Origin: Phycisphaerales bacterium
GTDB lineage: Bacteria > Planctomycetota > Phycisphaerae > Phycisphaerales > UBA1924
Reading direction: 5' to 3'
Assembly: GCA_020849615.1 (NCBI GenBank)
Contig: JADLFW010000018.1
Coordinates: 55,722-119,721 of the forward strand
Length of the DNA stretch: 64,000 bases
Part shown: positions 8,017 to 17,565 of the stretch, piece after piece
Layout: each line of letters opens with the position of its first letter
Numbering within the stretch: position 1 is the stretch's first letter
Made by a program: the position numbers and the translations under genes
The notes under the pieces: generated by a model
Told to the model about the DNA's origin: nothing
The model's input: only the letters and a program-made list of their open reading frames with translations
The model's database searches: none

Positions 8017-9681
8017 TCAGAACGCCAGCCCGGGAGGGACTTTCCCTTCGCGGAGCGCGGCCCGGGTCGCGGCCAGCGCCTTGGCCGAGCTCTTCGGCTG
8101 GCCGTTCTGCATGACCAGGCCGCCCAGCGGCATTTCCGGCGCCTGCACAGTGTCCGCCAGCTCCTGCCAGCAGATACTGTGGATGAACGGCTTGGCCGCC
8201 GCGATCCCGACGATTTTCGACAGCCAGTCCGCCTGCGTTGCCTCGCTCCAGGGCGACCGCCACGATCCGGGCTCGTGCGACTCATCCGCACCGGCCCGCG
8301 CGGGCGCGGGCCCGCTCGGGCAGCCGACCGCCGTCAGCGCGATGGGCTTCTCCAGCTGGGCAAAGCGGTCCAGCATCGCCGAGAACGCCATCAGGTCCCT
8401 GGTCGACTGCCCCGACGCTCCCCGCCCCATCTGCACCCGCAGCCCGATCAGGTCCACGCTGATCCCCTGCTGCATGGCCGCCTGCAGGTACAGCATCGGC
8501 GGCAGCGACCGCTTGTTCTCGGCGTGGTACTCGCCCCAGGGCTGCGTGACCTCGAGCTGCACCTTCGAGCCCGGGTGCAGCTTGCGCACCAGCAGCACGC
8601 AGATCCGCGTCAGGTCGATGATCTGCTCGAACGAGAGCCTGAAGTTCGTGTTCACGTGCAGGCCCGACGCGACCGTCCAGCGCGATACCGTGCGCCGGTA
8701 CCGGGTCACCACCGACTGCACGTGCTCGTAGACCAGCTCCCGCAGCGTCTCGTAGTCGTTCTCCCAGATGTACAGCCATTCCGGGACGCACTCGGCCCGG
8801 AAATCGACCAGCGGCCCGCCCACCAGCGGCAGCTTCGCCGTACGCACGGCCCACTCGATCCACTTGTCGGTCGTGGTGAAGGCGTACTTGCTCTCCTGGG
8901 GCTCCATGTCGATCCACCGCATGGGCATGCACAGAAAATCGCACGCCGCCGCCGCGGTCTTCTGCAGGGGCTCGCTCATCACCCCCGGCGCCGCCGCACA
9001 TCCGATCATGGGCGGGCCCGGCAACACCGCACACCCCGCGCCGGGCAGCACGATCGGCGCGCCCGCCTGCGGCGTCTCGCCGGTGATCGCCGTGTAATGA
9101 CGGGCCGAATCCGCGTACAACCGCCCCGCCAGCCGGTCGGGAAGCTGCTGCTCCGCGTTCAGCAGCGTCAGACGCTCCCCCGCATCGACCGCCAGCGCCA
9201 GCGCCTGCCGGGCCGAGCGGTCGGCCTCCGGCGCGAACGCCGCGCCCTGTCCACGCTGCGCCACCAGCGCCCGCGTGAACGCCCGCCGGGCCCGCTCGAA
9301 CTGCACCATCACGGGGTGCTCCGCCGCCAGGTCGAACAGCCCCCAGTCCTCCAGCTTGTTGAGGAACAGCATGATCTGGTGCCGGGCCAGTTCCAGCGAC
9401 AGCAGGTACGGCTCCGTCCGCTCCGGCAGCAGGCACGTCGGCAGCGTCAGTATCCCCAGCGTCGCCGCTCCCCCGACCCCCTCTTCCGCTTCCATCGCCA
9501 CCGGCACCTGCACGCACAGCCCGGCCGTCTCCGCCGAGGCCTTCTCGCACCGGATCATCCCCGTCTCGAACCGGATCGTGGCCTGCAGCGGCAACTGGTC
9601 CGGGCCCAGCAGGTGCGCGTGCCTCAGGGGCCACTCGCTCGCCGGGGTGCCGTCATCGCCGAAGACCACAAAGTTGAGCAT
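8017..9681 (-). CDS. Cytoplasmic protein with a C-terminal GH10-like TIM-barrel region, probably non-catalytic
   Basis: Start placed at ATG 9681 (MLNFVVFGDDG). The C-terminal half follows GH10 strand order: MRWIDMEPQESKYAF, VPEWL, VVTRYRRTVSRWTVASG, VDLIGLRVQMG, IALTAVG, ICWQELAD. There is no signal peptide. Confidence 0.6.
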   Translation of the reverse strand: MLNFVVFGDDGTPASEWPLRHAHLLGPDQLPLQATIRFETGMIRCEKASAETAGLCVQVPVAMEAEEGVGGAATLGILTLPTCLLPERTEPYLLSLELARHQIMLFLNKLEDWGLFDLAAEHPVMVQFERARRAFTRALVAQRGQGAAFAPEADRSARQALALAVDAGERLTLLNAEQQLPDRLAGRLYADSARHYTAITGETPQAGAPIVLPGAGCAVLPGPPMIGCAAAPGVMSEPLQKTAAAACDFLCMPMRWIDMEPQESKYAFTTTDKWIEWAVRTAKLPLVGGPLVDFRAECVPEWLYIWENDYETLRELVYEHVQSVVTRYRRTVSRWTVASGLHVNTNFRLSFEQIIDLTRICVLLVRKLHPGSKVQLEVTQPWGEYHAENKRSLPPMLYLQAAMQQGISVDLIGLRVQMGRGASGQSTRDLMAFSAMLDRFAQLEKPIALTAVGCPSGPAPARAGADESHEPGSWRSPWSEATQADWLSKIVGIAAAKPFIHSICWQELADTVQAPEMPLGGLVMQNGQPKSSAKALAATRAALREGKVPPGLAF

Positions 9682-9866
9682 GCGATCGGCGTCCCTCTGC
9701 GCCCCGGCCCTCCGCCCGGACGCGGTCCCGCCCGCTTCTACGGCGGGCCGCCCCGGCGCATCAGAACTCCGGGCCGGGTGGCAAGGGTAGCCGCTCGACG
9801 GACCTCCCGGGGCCCGGATGGCTTCCATCCCCCCTTCACACCGCCCCGCGCGGGTACCCTTCCCGC

Positions 9867-10856
9867 ATGATGACGGTCTCACCCCCCGGCACGCCGGCGA
9901 ACGGGCCCGCGCTCTTCAACACCGCCCTCAACCTCCCCGGCGCCCGCCGCGGCAAGGTCCGCGATGTCTACCGCCTGCCCCCCCTGGCCGCGGGCGGGCC
10001 CGACCGCCTCGTCATCGTCGCCACCGACCGCATCTCCGCGTTCGATGTCGTCATGCCCACCCCCATCCCGGGCAAGGGCCGGCTCCTCACCGAGATCTCC
10101 ACCTGGTGGCTCCGCTTCATCGAGCAGAAGGCCATCGTCCGCACCCATCTCATCTCGACCGACCCCGCCGCCATCCCCGCCGCGGCCTTCCGTCCGGGCT
10201 TCGACCCCGCGACCCTGGCGGGTCGCACCACCATCGCCCGCCTCGCCCCCGTCATCCCCATCGAGTGCGTCGTCCGCGGCTACATCGAGGGCTCCGGCTG
10301 GAAGGAGTACTGCGCCACCGGCTCGGTCTGCGGCGTCAAGCTCCCGCCGGGCCTCCGCCAGTGCGACAAACTCCCCGAGCCCATCTTCACCCCCGCCACC
10401 AAGGAGGAGCAGGGCCGCCACGATGAGAACATCTCGTTCGACCGCGCCGCCGAGCTCGTCGGCCGCGAGCGCATGACCTGGCTCCGCGACAAGTCCCTCG
10501 CCATCTACCGGGCGGCCTCCGAGCACGCCCTCTCCCGCGGCCTCATCATCGCCGACACCAAGTTCGAGTTCGGCCTGCCCGTCGTGGACGCCTCGGGCCG
10601 CGTCGACGACACCGCCGAGCCGATCCTCATCGATGAGGCCCTCACCCCCGACAGCACCCGCTTCTGGCCCGCCGACACCTACAAGCCGGGCGGGCCGCAG
10701 AAGAGCTTCGACAAGCAGTATCTCCGTGAGTACCTCGAGAAGCTGGTCGCCAAGGGGACGTGGAACAAGCAGGCGCCGGGCCCGGCGCTGCCGCCGGAGA
10801 TCGTGGAGGCCACTCTGGCCCGGTACGTCGAGGCCCGCGACCGGCTGGTGCGGTGA
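9867..10856 (+). CDS. purC: Phosphoribosylaminoimidazole-succinocarboxamide synthase (long form)
   Basis: RGKVRDVYRL, VIVATDRISAFDVVMPTPIPGKGRLLTEIS, ECVVRGYIEGSGWKEY and LIIADTKFEFG are visible. Confidence 0.9.
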   Translation: MMTVSPPGTPANGPALFNTALNLPGARRGKVRDVYRLPPLAAGGPDRLVIVATDRISAFDVVMPTPIPGKGRLLTEISTWWLRFIEQKAIVRTHLISTDPAAIPAAAFRPGFDPATLAGRTTIARLAPVIPIECVVRGYIEGSGWKEYCATGSVCGVKLPPGLRQCDKLPEPIFTPATKEEQGRHDENISFDRAAELVGRERMTWLRDKSLAIYRAASEHALSRGLIIADTKFEFGLPVVDASGRVDDTAEPILIDEALTPDSTRFWPADTYKPGGPQKSFDKQYLREYLEKLVAKGTWNKQAPGPALPPEIVEATLARYVEARDRLVR

Positions 10857-10859
10857 GCA

Positions 10860-12023
10860 TCAGCAGCCCGCGGCGTACGCTTCGAAGAAGAGCAGCCAGT
10901 CCGACTCATCCACGAATCCATCGTCGTTGAGGTCCGCATCGGCGTCCCCGGCTTCGTACAAGTTGATGAACAGCAGGTAGTCGGCGAAGTCAACGCGCCC
11001 ATCCTCATCCAGGTCGGCCGGGCAGGGCGGGCACGCGAAGCGCTTCAGCGGCACCGATGAGCCCCCGGCGTAGACCTCATCGTTGACGATCCCGAAGAGC
11101 CACGGGAAGCTCGTGAACCCCGGGAGCTCGATCCACTCCGTCCCGGTCCAGCGCACGGCCCACTTCGCGGGCTTGCCGCCCGCCTTTGTGAATGTGCCGC
11201 CGACCAGCAGCTGGCCGCGGTACTCGGCGAGCGCCGGGGCCACCGCGCCGTACGGGATCGTCTCGTGCACCAGCCCGCCGCCGATCCCGCGCCACGCCGA
11301 TCCGTCGAACCGCGCCACCATCGAGGTCGCCTCGGCTCCGCTGTGCTGCATCTGCCCCGCGGCGGCCAGGTCCCCGTTGTACGAGGCCAGCGCGAAGACC
11401 GCGCCGTCGAACCCGTCTCCGACCGGCGACCACTCTACGCCATCCCATTGTGCGATGTACCTGGCGGCCCGCCCGCCCGCCTGCGTGAAGTACCCGCCCG
11501 CGTAGAGCACATCATCATGAACGCGAAGGCAGATGACATCGTTGTTGCAGCCCGCTCCGAGCGGCTGCCACGTCGCGCCGTCCCACCGGGCGACGTTGTT
11601 GACCACCCTCCCATCCACCGTGATGAACTTGCCGCCGATGATCAGCTCGCCGCGGAAGTTCGCGAACATCGCCACCGAGACGCCGCCGCTCGGCGCAGTC
11701 ATGGAGGTCGTCATCGTGTACCACGCCGCGCCATCCCACCGGCGCACCCGGCCCGTCACCGTCCCGCACGCCCACAGCGAGCCTTCGTACTCGATCGTGT
11801 CATCGACGGCGCCGCCCGGGCCCGCGCCAAGCGTCCGCCAGGCCGAGCCGTCCCACCGCTTCAAAACCCCCTGCCCGGAGCCCCCGACGAGCAGTTGGCC
11901 CTGGTAGCTGCCGATGGCGCGAATGCCGCTGAACGGGTTGGTGACCGGCAGCGGCTCCGGCGTGCACTGCCCGTACGCGGAAGCGGCGATGACGGCGCAA
12001 ACAGCGATCCCCAGAACTCGCAT
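10860..12023 (-). CDS. Secreted beta-propeller repeat protein with C-terminal dockerin-like double EF-hand module ending in GC
   Basis: Signal peptide MRVLGIAVCAVIAASAYG. Repeats of the type A(R/Q)WDGxxWxxLGxG. C-terminus reads CPPCPADLDEDGRVDFADYLLFINLYEAGDADADLNDDGFVDESDWLLFFEAYAAGC. Confidence 0.85.
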   Translation of the reverse strand: MRVLGIAVCAVIAASAYGQCTPEPLPVTNPFSGIRAIGSYQGQLLVGGSGQGVLKRWDGSAWRTLGAGPGGAVDDTIEYEGSLWACGTVTGRVRRWDGAAWYTMTTSMTAPSGGVSVAMFANFRGELIIGGKFITVDGRVVNNVARWDGATWQPLGAGCNNDVICLRVHDDVLYAGGYFTQAGGRAARYIAQWDGVEWSPVGDGFDGAVFALASYNGDLAAAGQMQHSGAEATSMVARFDGSAWRGIGGGLVHETIPYGAVAPALAEYRGQLLVGGTFTKAGGKPAKWAVRWTGTEWIELPGFTSFPWLFGIVNDEVYAGGSSVPLKRFACPPCPADLDEDGRVDFADYLLFINLYEAGDADADLNDDGFVDESDWLLFFEAYAAGC

Positions 12024-12167
12024 GGCGGAACTCCTCGGTGCGCGGGCGGCATCACCCGCGAGACGTTGTTCCGCGCGGGCCTCCGGGGCGTTGCGTTCCG
12101 GTCATGCGCTGGTCGCAGTTAAGCCGGTTCAGGGTCCGTTCCCCGGGCGCACCACGCCCGGATCGGG

Positions 12168-13376
12168 TTACGTACACCCCGTTGAATAGGTCTCAAGGAA
12201 CAGCAGCCAGTCGGAGCGGTCCACCACGCCATCGCCCGTCACATCCGCGCCGGGTTCGCCCCCGCGGTACATGTCCAGAAACGCCAGGTAATCCGTGAAA
12301 TCCACCAGCCCGTCATCATCCACATCCGCGATGCAGGGCGGGCACGACCACCGGGCCCAGCCGTCGCCGCCCGTGCTCGAGACCGACTCACTCGAGATCA
12401 GTTCGTGGCGGAACACAGTCAGCGCCCGCGAGTTGCGCATCGACCCCTGGAGGGCGTGCCACGACTCCCCATCCCACCGCGCGATGCCATCCATCGGAAC
12501 CTCACCCGAGCGGTCGTAGACCCCCCCGGCGTACAGGTCGCCCCGGTACACCGCGAGGCCCGACACATACGAGGCGTACTCCCAGCCGGGCCGGGAGAGC
12601 AGGCCCTCTCCCATCGCGCGCCAGTCGGCGCCATCCCAGCGCGCGATGCAGTTCATGGGCCGCCCGGCCGACGAACGGAACAGCCCGGCGGCGATGAGCT
12701 CGTTGTTGTACACCGTCAGCGCCAGCACATCGCCTTCCAGCCCCGGGCCCAGCGACTGCCACTGCGAGCCATCCCATCGCGCGATGCAGTTCAGCGGCCG
12801 CGAGCCCGAGGCGGTGAAGCGTCCCGCCGCGATCAGTTCGTCGTTGTAGACGGCGAAGGCCCAGACCGAGCGGTCGAACCCATCGCCGAACGTGCGCCAC
12901 GAGGTTCCGTTCCACGCCGCGACGCGGTTGGCCGGCTTCCCTCCCGCGCTCGAGAACAGGCCCCCGACGATCAACTCCGAGCCGCGGGTGAACACGCCGT
13001 ACACGGAGGCGTTCACCCCGCCCCCAACGATCCGCCACCCCGTCCCGTTCCACGCCGCCAGCCCGCCCTGAAACGAGCCACCCGCGATGAGTTCGCCCTG
13101 GAACTCGCCCAGCGTGCTGACCGGGCCCGACAGCCCGGCTCCGTATTTCGCCCACGCCGAACCATCCCAGCGGGCGATCCTGGCGAACGAAGCGCCGCCG
13201 ATCCGGGTGAACGACCCGCCCGCGACCAGCTCGCCGTTGTGGACCGACAGCGCGACGGGTTGCTGGTCAAACCTCACATCGACGGGGATGCGCTGCGGAT
13301 CGCACTGGGCCCGGGCCGGGGAAGCGGCCGCGGCGAGCACGACCACCCCGGCGATAACGCGAGCGGATCGGCGCAT
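12168..13376 (-). CDS. Secreted beta-propeller repeat protein with dockerin-like C-terminal module (paralogue)
   Basis: Start at ATG 13376, preceded by AAGGGAG. Signal peptide MRRSARVIAGVVVLAAAASPARA. IARWDGxxW repeats. C-terminus reads CPPCIADVDDDGLVDFTDYLAFLDMYRGGEPGADVTGDGVVDRSDWLLFLETYSTGCT. Confidence 0.85.
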   Translation of the reverse strand: MRRSARVIAGVVVLAAAASPARAQCDPQRIPVDVRFDQQPVALSVHNGELVAGGSFTRIGGASFARIARWDGSAWAKYGAGLSGPVSTLGEFQGELIAGGSFQGGLAAWNGTGWRIVGGGVNASVYGVFTRGSELIVGGLFSSAGGKPANRVAAWNGTSWRTFGDGFDRSVWAFAVYNDELIAAGRFTASGSRPLNCIARWDGSQWQSLGPGLEGDVLALTVYNNELIAAGLFRSSAGRPMNCIARWDGADWRAMGEGLLSRPGWEYASYVSGLAVYRGDLYAGGVYDRSGEVPMDGIARWDGESWHALQGSMRNSRALTVFRHELISSESVSSTGGDGWARWSCPPCIADVDDDGLVDFTDYLAFLDMYRGGEPGADVTGDGVVDRSDWLLFLETYSTGCT

Positions 13377-13451
13377 GGGCAAGCTCCCTTTCGAGTTCCG
13401 GATCACAGCCTACCGCGCCTGTACGGCGTTCCACAGGGGAATCGGGCCCGT

Positions 13452-15413
13452 TTACTGAGGGGCCACATCCAGGCGGCGCTGGGCCTTGGCCTTGATCATC
13501 GCCTCCATCTGGGCCCGGTGCTCGGCGAGGCCCGTGGGCTCGGGGAAGATCTGGTCGAACGGGCGGCCGCCGTTCCTGGCGTCCTCATCCACCAGATCTT
13601 TGTACTGCTCCCTCAGGACGTCGTAGCCGAACAGCTTGAGGTCGTTGGGGGCGCCGGCGTAGAGCCGCTCGGCCTCATCCAGCGTGAGGAACGAGCAGAA
13701 CTGCGCGAAGAACAGGCCGGAGAAGACCCGGAAGTCGGGGTCCATCACATCCATGCGCGAGTAGTTGGGGTCGACGTTGGTCTTGCGCCGCTGCTCCTGC
13801 ATGAACCAGCGGTGCACGTTCTTGGCGTACTCGAACTGCGCGGTGAACAGCTCATCATCGCCCGCCAGCAGCCCGCTGGCGAACGCCCCCTGCAGCGCCC
13901 CCGCCACCTCGGAGACCGCCACGTACGGCGTGCTGAAGCGGTCGGCCAGCTCCGACTGGACGAACTCGTCGAGCGTCTGGCTGACCTTGGCCACCCGGTC
14001 GGGGTCGTTGGTGTTCTGGCCGCGGTAGTTGCGCACGACGGCGTAGTACCGCTCGGCCATCGCCCGCTGCCCGCGCCGGTAGAAGAACCGCACCACATCG
14101 CTGTAGAAGTTCTCGTACCCCGCCGCGTAGAGCCGGAACGGCCGGTCGGGCCGGTCGGCCCAGCTGCGGCTGACGACCTCGTTGATCACAAGGTCGTAGG
14201 TGTCGGCGAAGTGCGGATCGGTGACCGCCAGGTAGAACGTGTACGTGTTGCCGGAGGTCACCCAGTCGAAGTAGTTGAAGTACAGCTCGCCGGCGCGGTA
14301 CAGCTCCTGCACCGCCTGGATCGTGATGCGGTCGGTGTTGATGATGTCGTACTCGAGGCGGTTGTCGGTCGTGATCCTCGGCAGCGCCTCCTCCACGCCC
14401 TTGGCGCTCCAGTACACCGCGTGCGAGGCCGGGTGCCGCCAGTCCATCGGCCCGTACTTCTGCGTGTAGCGGATCATCCGCTGCGGCTCCATGTGGTAGA
14501 CATCCTCCAGCATGCGCCGCCGCGCGTAGGCCAGCAGCGCGGGCCAGGCCTTCGCGTACGCCGGATCGTCGACCAGCCGCACGAACGCCTCGCTCTTGGG
14601 CCCCATCGCCCCCTTCATCACGTTCCACCGCCCCGACGCCCGGGCCGTCCGCATCAGCTCGTGCCGCTGCAGCAGGCGCGGGCCCAGGTCCTCCTCCACT
14701 TGCGATTGCAGCGCCGCCACCAGGTCCCGCGCCGTCGGCTCGGCCTCGTACAGCCCCTCCAGCGTCTCGGGCGCCGTCGCGATCGGCTTCAGCCAGTCCA
14801 CGTACGCCGCGATCGCCTCATCGCGCCCGATCGAGATCTTCTGCACCGCGGGGGGCACACCCAGGATGCCCTGCCACTCCGCCGCCAGGGCCCGCTTGTA
14901 GTATGGGTTGGCATCGTCGGTGTACCCCTGGATCTTGTGCAGGAAGATCCACGCCAGCTCCTTGGGCAGAAGCATGTCTTTGGGGTTGGCGGGGATGCCC
15001 CGGTCGCGCAGCAGCCGCACGCCCGCGTTCACCCACTCCCATCGCTCGCGGTTGGTCGCCGTGCTGACCGAGATGTTGTACGCCATGTTCCAGGCGTGGA
15101 AGACCCACACCCGCGGGAAGCGGGGCTGCAGCGTCGTGATCGCGTCGGCCAGCTGCATCGCCTCGTGGAACTTGCCGGCCTCCTTCATCGCGTTGGCCCG
15201 CATCCACAGCATGTTCACGAACAAGCCGCGGAACGCCCCCATGGCGATGCCCATGGCGACCTCGGGCGGCTGGCCCTCGGTCGTCGTGTCGGCGTACGTC
15301 AGCTTGGCCCGGCTCGCCGAGGCCCCGATGCGCACCGCCAGCACGCCCGACACCGCGATGCACGCGGCGAGCACGAGGGCTGCGGCGACCTGGACCCAGG
15401 TGTCACGCCTCAC
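13452..15413 (-). CDS. Conserved membrane-anchored protein of unknown function
   Basis: ORF 13452..15452. The start was moved to GTG 15413, which follows GGAGG, because the first 13 codons run through a dispersed repeat. TM helix WVQVAAALVLAACIAVSGVLAV, then a large non-low-complexity domain with no motif I recognise. Confidence 0.65.
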   Translation of the reverse strand: MRRDTWVQVAAALVLAACIAVSGVLAVRIGASASRAKLTYADTTTEGQPPEVAMGIAMGAFRGLFVNMLWMRANAMKEAGKFHEAMQLADAITTLQPRFPRVWVFHAWNMAYNISVSTATNRERWEWVNAGVRLLRDRGIPANPKDMLLPKELAWIFLHKIQGYTDDANPYYKRALAAEWQGILGVPPAVQKISIGRDEAIAAYVDWLKPIATAPETLEGLYEAEPTARDLVAALQSQVEEDLGPRLLQRHELMRTARASGRWNVMKGAMGPKSEAFVRLVDDPAYAKAWPALLAYARRRMLEDVYHMEPQRMIRYTQKYGPMDWRHPASHAVYWSAKGVEEALPRITTDNRLEYDIINTDRITIQAVQELYRAGELYFNYFDWVTSGNTYTFYLAVTDPHFADTYDLVINEVVSRSWADRPDRPFRLYAAGYENFYSDVVRFFYRRGQRAMAERYYAVVRNYRGQNTNDPDRVAKVSQTLDEFVQSELADRFSTPYVAVSEVAGALQGAFASGLLAGDDELFTAQFEYAKNVHRWFMQEQRRKTNVDPNYSRMDVMDPDFRVFSGLFFAQFCSFLTLDEAERLYAGAPNDLKLFGYDVLREQYKDLVDEDARNGGRPFDQIFPEPTGLAEHRAQMEAMIKAKAQRRLDVAPQ

Positions 15414-15424
15414 GCCGGCCTCCG

Positions 15425-15548
15425 GCCAAATGGCCAAATGACAAAGTTCCACGTGGCAAATGAAGGCGGGAAGGGCGCAGCGGACTGCGCCATCGTCCCG
15501 GGCTCCCGCGCACCCTCATGTGCAATTTGGAAATGTGCCATTTGGTAA
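15425..15548 (-). repeat. Dispersed AT-rich TTTGCC-heptad element, copy i, plus hairpin
   Basis: Contains the exact 16-mer tggcaaatgaaggcgg (15454-15469), also present at 35042-35057 and 36807-36822 on the other strand. Hairpin ggcgcag-cgga-ctgcgcc at 15474-15491. A further AT-rich stretch gcaatttggaaatgtgccatttgg. Confidence 0.6.
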
Positions 15549-15549
15549 C

Positions 15550-17565
15550 TTACTTCCCCGAGTACGTCGCCAGCTCGCGCCGGCGGAAGATCACCCCCGC
15601 CGCGGCGAAGAAGAGCCCCGAGCCCAGCGCCAGCACCGCCAGCCCCTTGGCCACGCTCCCCCACGGCATCAGCCGCCCGTCCACCAGCCGGTCGACCGGG
15701 TTGAGCTCCCCGTACACCTTGAACACGTTGCCGATCAGCGTCGCGATGTTGGCGATGATGACCTTGTGCCAGATCACCGTCCGGTCGATGTCCTCCGTGC
15801 TGTAGTTCTCCAGCGCCTTGAGCAGGAAGTCCGAGCTCTCCGCGCACAGGAACACCCCGAAGGCCAGCAGGCACGCCACCGGGAAGCTCGCGAACGTCGC
15901 CGCGAAGATCCCCACCATCGCCATCAGCGCCAGCTTCACCCACAGCACCGCCGCCACCCGCAGGAAGTTCCACCGGAAGTCCCCCGCGCTGTACGACATC
16001 TGCAGCGAGCCGGGCTGGAACGAGATCGTCTCGGGGTTCTGGATCCCCCGCGGCACATCCGCGTTGGCCACCAGCACCGTCACCGAGCCCTTGTCGTCCA
16101 CCACATCCGTCAGCAGTTCGATGTTCTGGTACTGCCCCAGCACGCTCTCCCTCACCACCGGAGCGCCCCCGGAGAACGAGAACGTCAGCTTGAACACCTG
16201 GTCGGGCCGGTTCGACCCCGAATCGATCCGGTACCGGAACACGACCGGCCGAGTCTGACCCCGGGCCGGGCCCAGCCCGTCGAAGAAATACCGCCGCGAC
16301 TCGCCGGGCCCGATCGCCCGGTACGTCTGCTCGAACCCCTTCATCACCTCCACCGCCAGCTTGGCCCGCTTTGATTCGGAGATCTGCCCGTTGGGCAGGT
16401 CGGCGAACTCCGGGTTCACCTGCAGCTCCGACTCGATCCGCTGGTTGACGTTCAGCGCCACCTGCTCCATGTCCATCTCGGGCGGCGAGTTCTCGTACAC
16501 CACCCGCGCCGTCAGCACCTGCGTCTCCAGCAGGAACCGGTCCTCGCTGATCCCCTCCTCTCCCTCCGCCACGTACGCGCTGGTCTCCCCCAGCGCCGGG
16601 CCGCTCCGCAGGTACTCCGTGAACAGGAACACGCCCGCCGCCGACACCCCGATCAGCGCCGCCGCCAGCGCCGACACCCCGATCCACTTCCCCAGGATGT
16701 ACTGCCACGACGAGACCGGCTTGGTCATCGTCTGCCAGATCGTCCGGTCCCGCTGCTCGAAGGCCACCGTCGCCACCGAGAACGTCACCGTCAGGATCGC
16801 GATGATCCAGTACGCCCCCGCCGTCCCGTACTGCAGGAACGACTGCACCCGGTACCGCAGCGGCGCCGCCTCGTTCAGCGTCCCCGGCAGCACCGCCAGC
16901 CCCAGGATCAGCAGCATGATGAAGACCAGTGAGACCTTCATCCGCACCGCCTCGGTCAGCACGTTCTTGGCCACCGACATCACCGGGCCCGGCGCCGAGA
17001 GCCCCAGCCGCAGCAGCTGCATCAGCGTCGTGAACGCCGCCGTCAGCACCACCGTCCCCGCGATGAACCGCGCCATCCCGGGCATCCCCGCCCACGCCCC
17101 CAGCGGGTACGCCACCGCCCCCGCCGCCACCAGCAGCCCCAGGTACGTCAGCCCAAGCCCCAGCCACACCACCCCGATCGCCAGCCCCGCCGCGATCGCG
17201 ATCCCCGCGTTGACCCCCGCCAGCGACCGCCGGGCCGACAGGATGTCATCCACCGCCCGCTGCGTCGCCTCCAGCGCCGACTTCTCCTGCGCCTCCATCG
17301 CCGCCCGCCGCGCCGCTTCCGCCTGAGTCTCCGTCCCGTCCGCCGCCGCCCCCCCGGCCGCACCCGGCGCCTCCGCCGCCGTCTGGCCGCCCGAGACCGA
17401 TGCGGTCACCGGCGGCGCGGGCCGCTCCTCCGCCGAGTGCTTCACGAGCGCGTACGACAGCATCCCCCCCAGCGCCGCCAGGATGATCACCCCCGTCGCG
17501 ATCAGCTTGAACAGCCGCGACTCCTGCACCCGGTCCAGCCGCGCCAGTTGGTCACGCATGCTCAC
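15550..17565 (-). CDS. ABC-2-type transporter permease-like protein with a large extracytoplasmic insert
   Basis: 671 aa. Several TM helices on both sides of a soluble domain of about 250 aa. The start overlaps the stop of the upstream ATPase (GTGA at 17562-17565). Confidence 0.75.
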   Translation of the reverse strand: MSMRDQLARLDRVQESRLFKLIATGVIILAALGGMLSYALVKHSAEERPAPPVTASVSGGQTAAEAPGAAGGAAADGTETQAEAARRAAMEAQEKSALEATQRAVDDILSARRSLAGVNAGIAIAAGLAIGVVWLGLGLTYLGLLVAAGAVAYPLGAWAGMPGMARFIAGTVVLTAAFTTLMQLLRLGLSAPGPVMSVAKNVLTEAVRMKVSLVFIMLLILGLAVLPGTLNEAAPLRYRVQSFLQYGTAGAYWIIAILTVTFSVATVAFEQRDRTIWQTMTKPVSSWQYILGKWIGVSALAAALIGVSAAGVFLFTEYLRSGPALGETSAYVAEGEEGISEDRFLLETQVLTARVVYENSPPEMDMEQVALNVNQRIESELQVNPEFADLPNGQISESKRAKLAVEVMKGFEQTYRAIGPGESRRYFFDGLGPARGQTRPVVFRYRIDSGSNRPDQVFKLTFSFSGGAPVVRESVLGQYQNIELLTDVVDDKGSVTVLVANADVPRGIQNPETISFQPGSLQMSYSAGDFRWNFLRVAAVLWVKLALMAMVGIFAATFASFPVACLLAFGVFLCAESSDFLLKALENYSTEDIDRTVIWHKVIIANIATLIGNVFKVYGELNPVDRLVDGRLMPWGSVAKGLAVLALGSGLFFAAAGVIFRRRELATYSGK

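Noticed and set aside
11950-12023. Lipoprotein prediction for the dockerin-tailed propellers because of a Cys right after the signal peptide
   Set aside because: The residues before the Cys (YGQ-C, RAQ-C, AAQ-C) do not fit a lipobox (L-[AS]-[GA]-C). Gln at position -1 is atypical. Ordinary signal peptidase I cleavage before Q or QC is more likely.
12405-15548. 1047-aa plus-strand ORF overlapping the propeller gene and the 653-aa gene, and similar long ORFs at 7747..9870(+), 4129..6030(+), 42750..45230(-), 15410..17167(-) and 17649..19820(+)
   Set aside because: All are Arg/Pro/Gly/His-rich off-frame products. Each overlaps a frame that carries clear family motifs (Mfd, GH15, ABC ATPase, SPFH and others).
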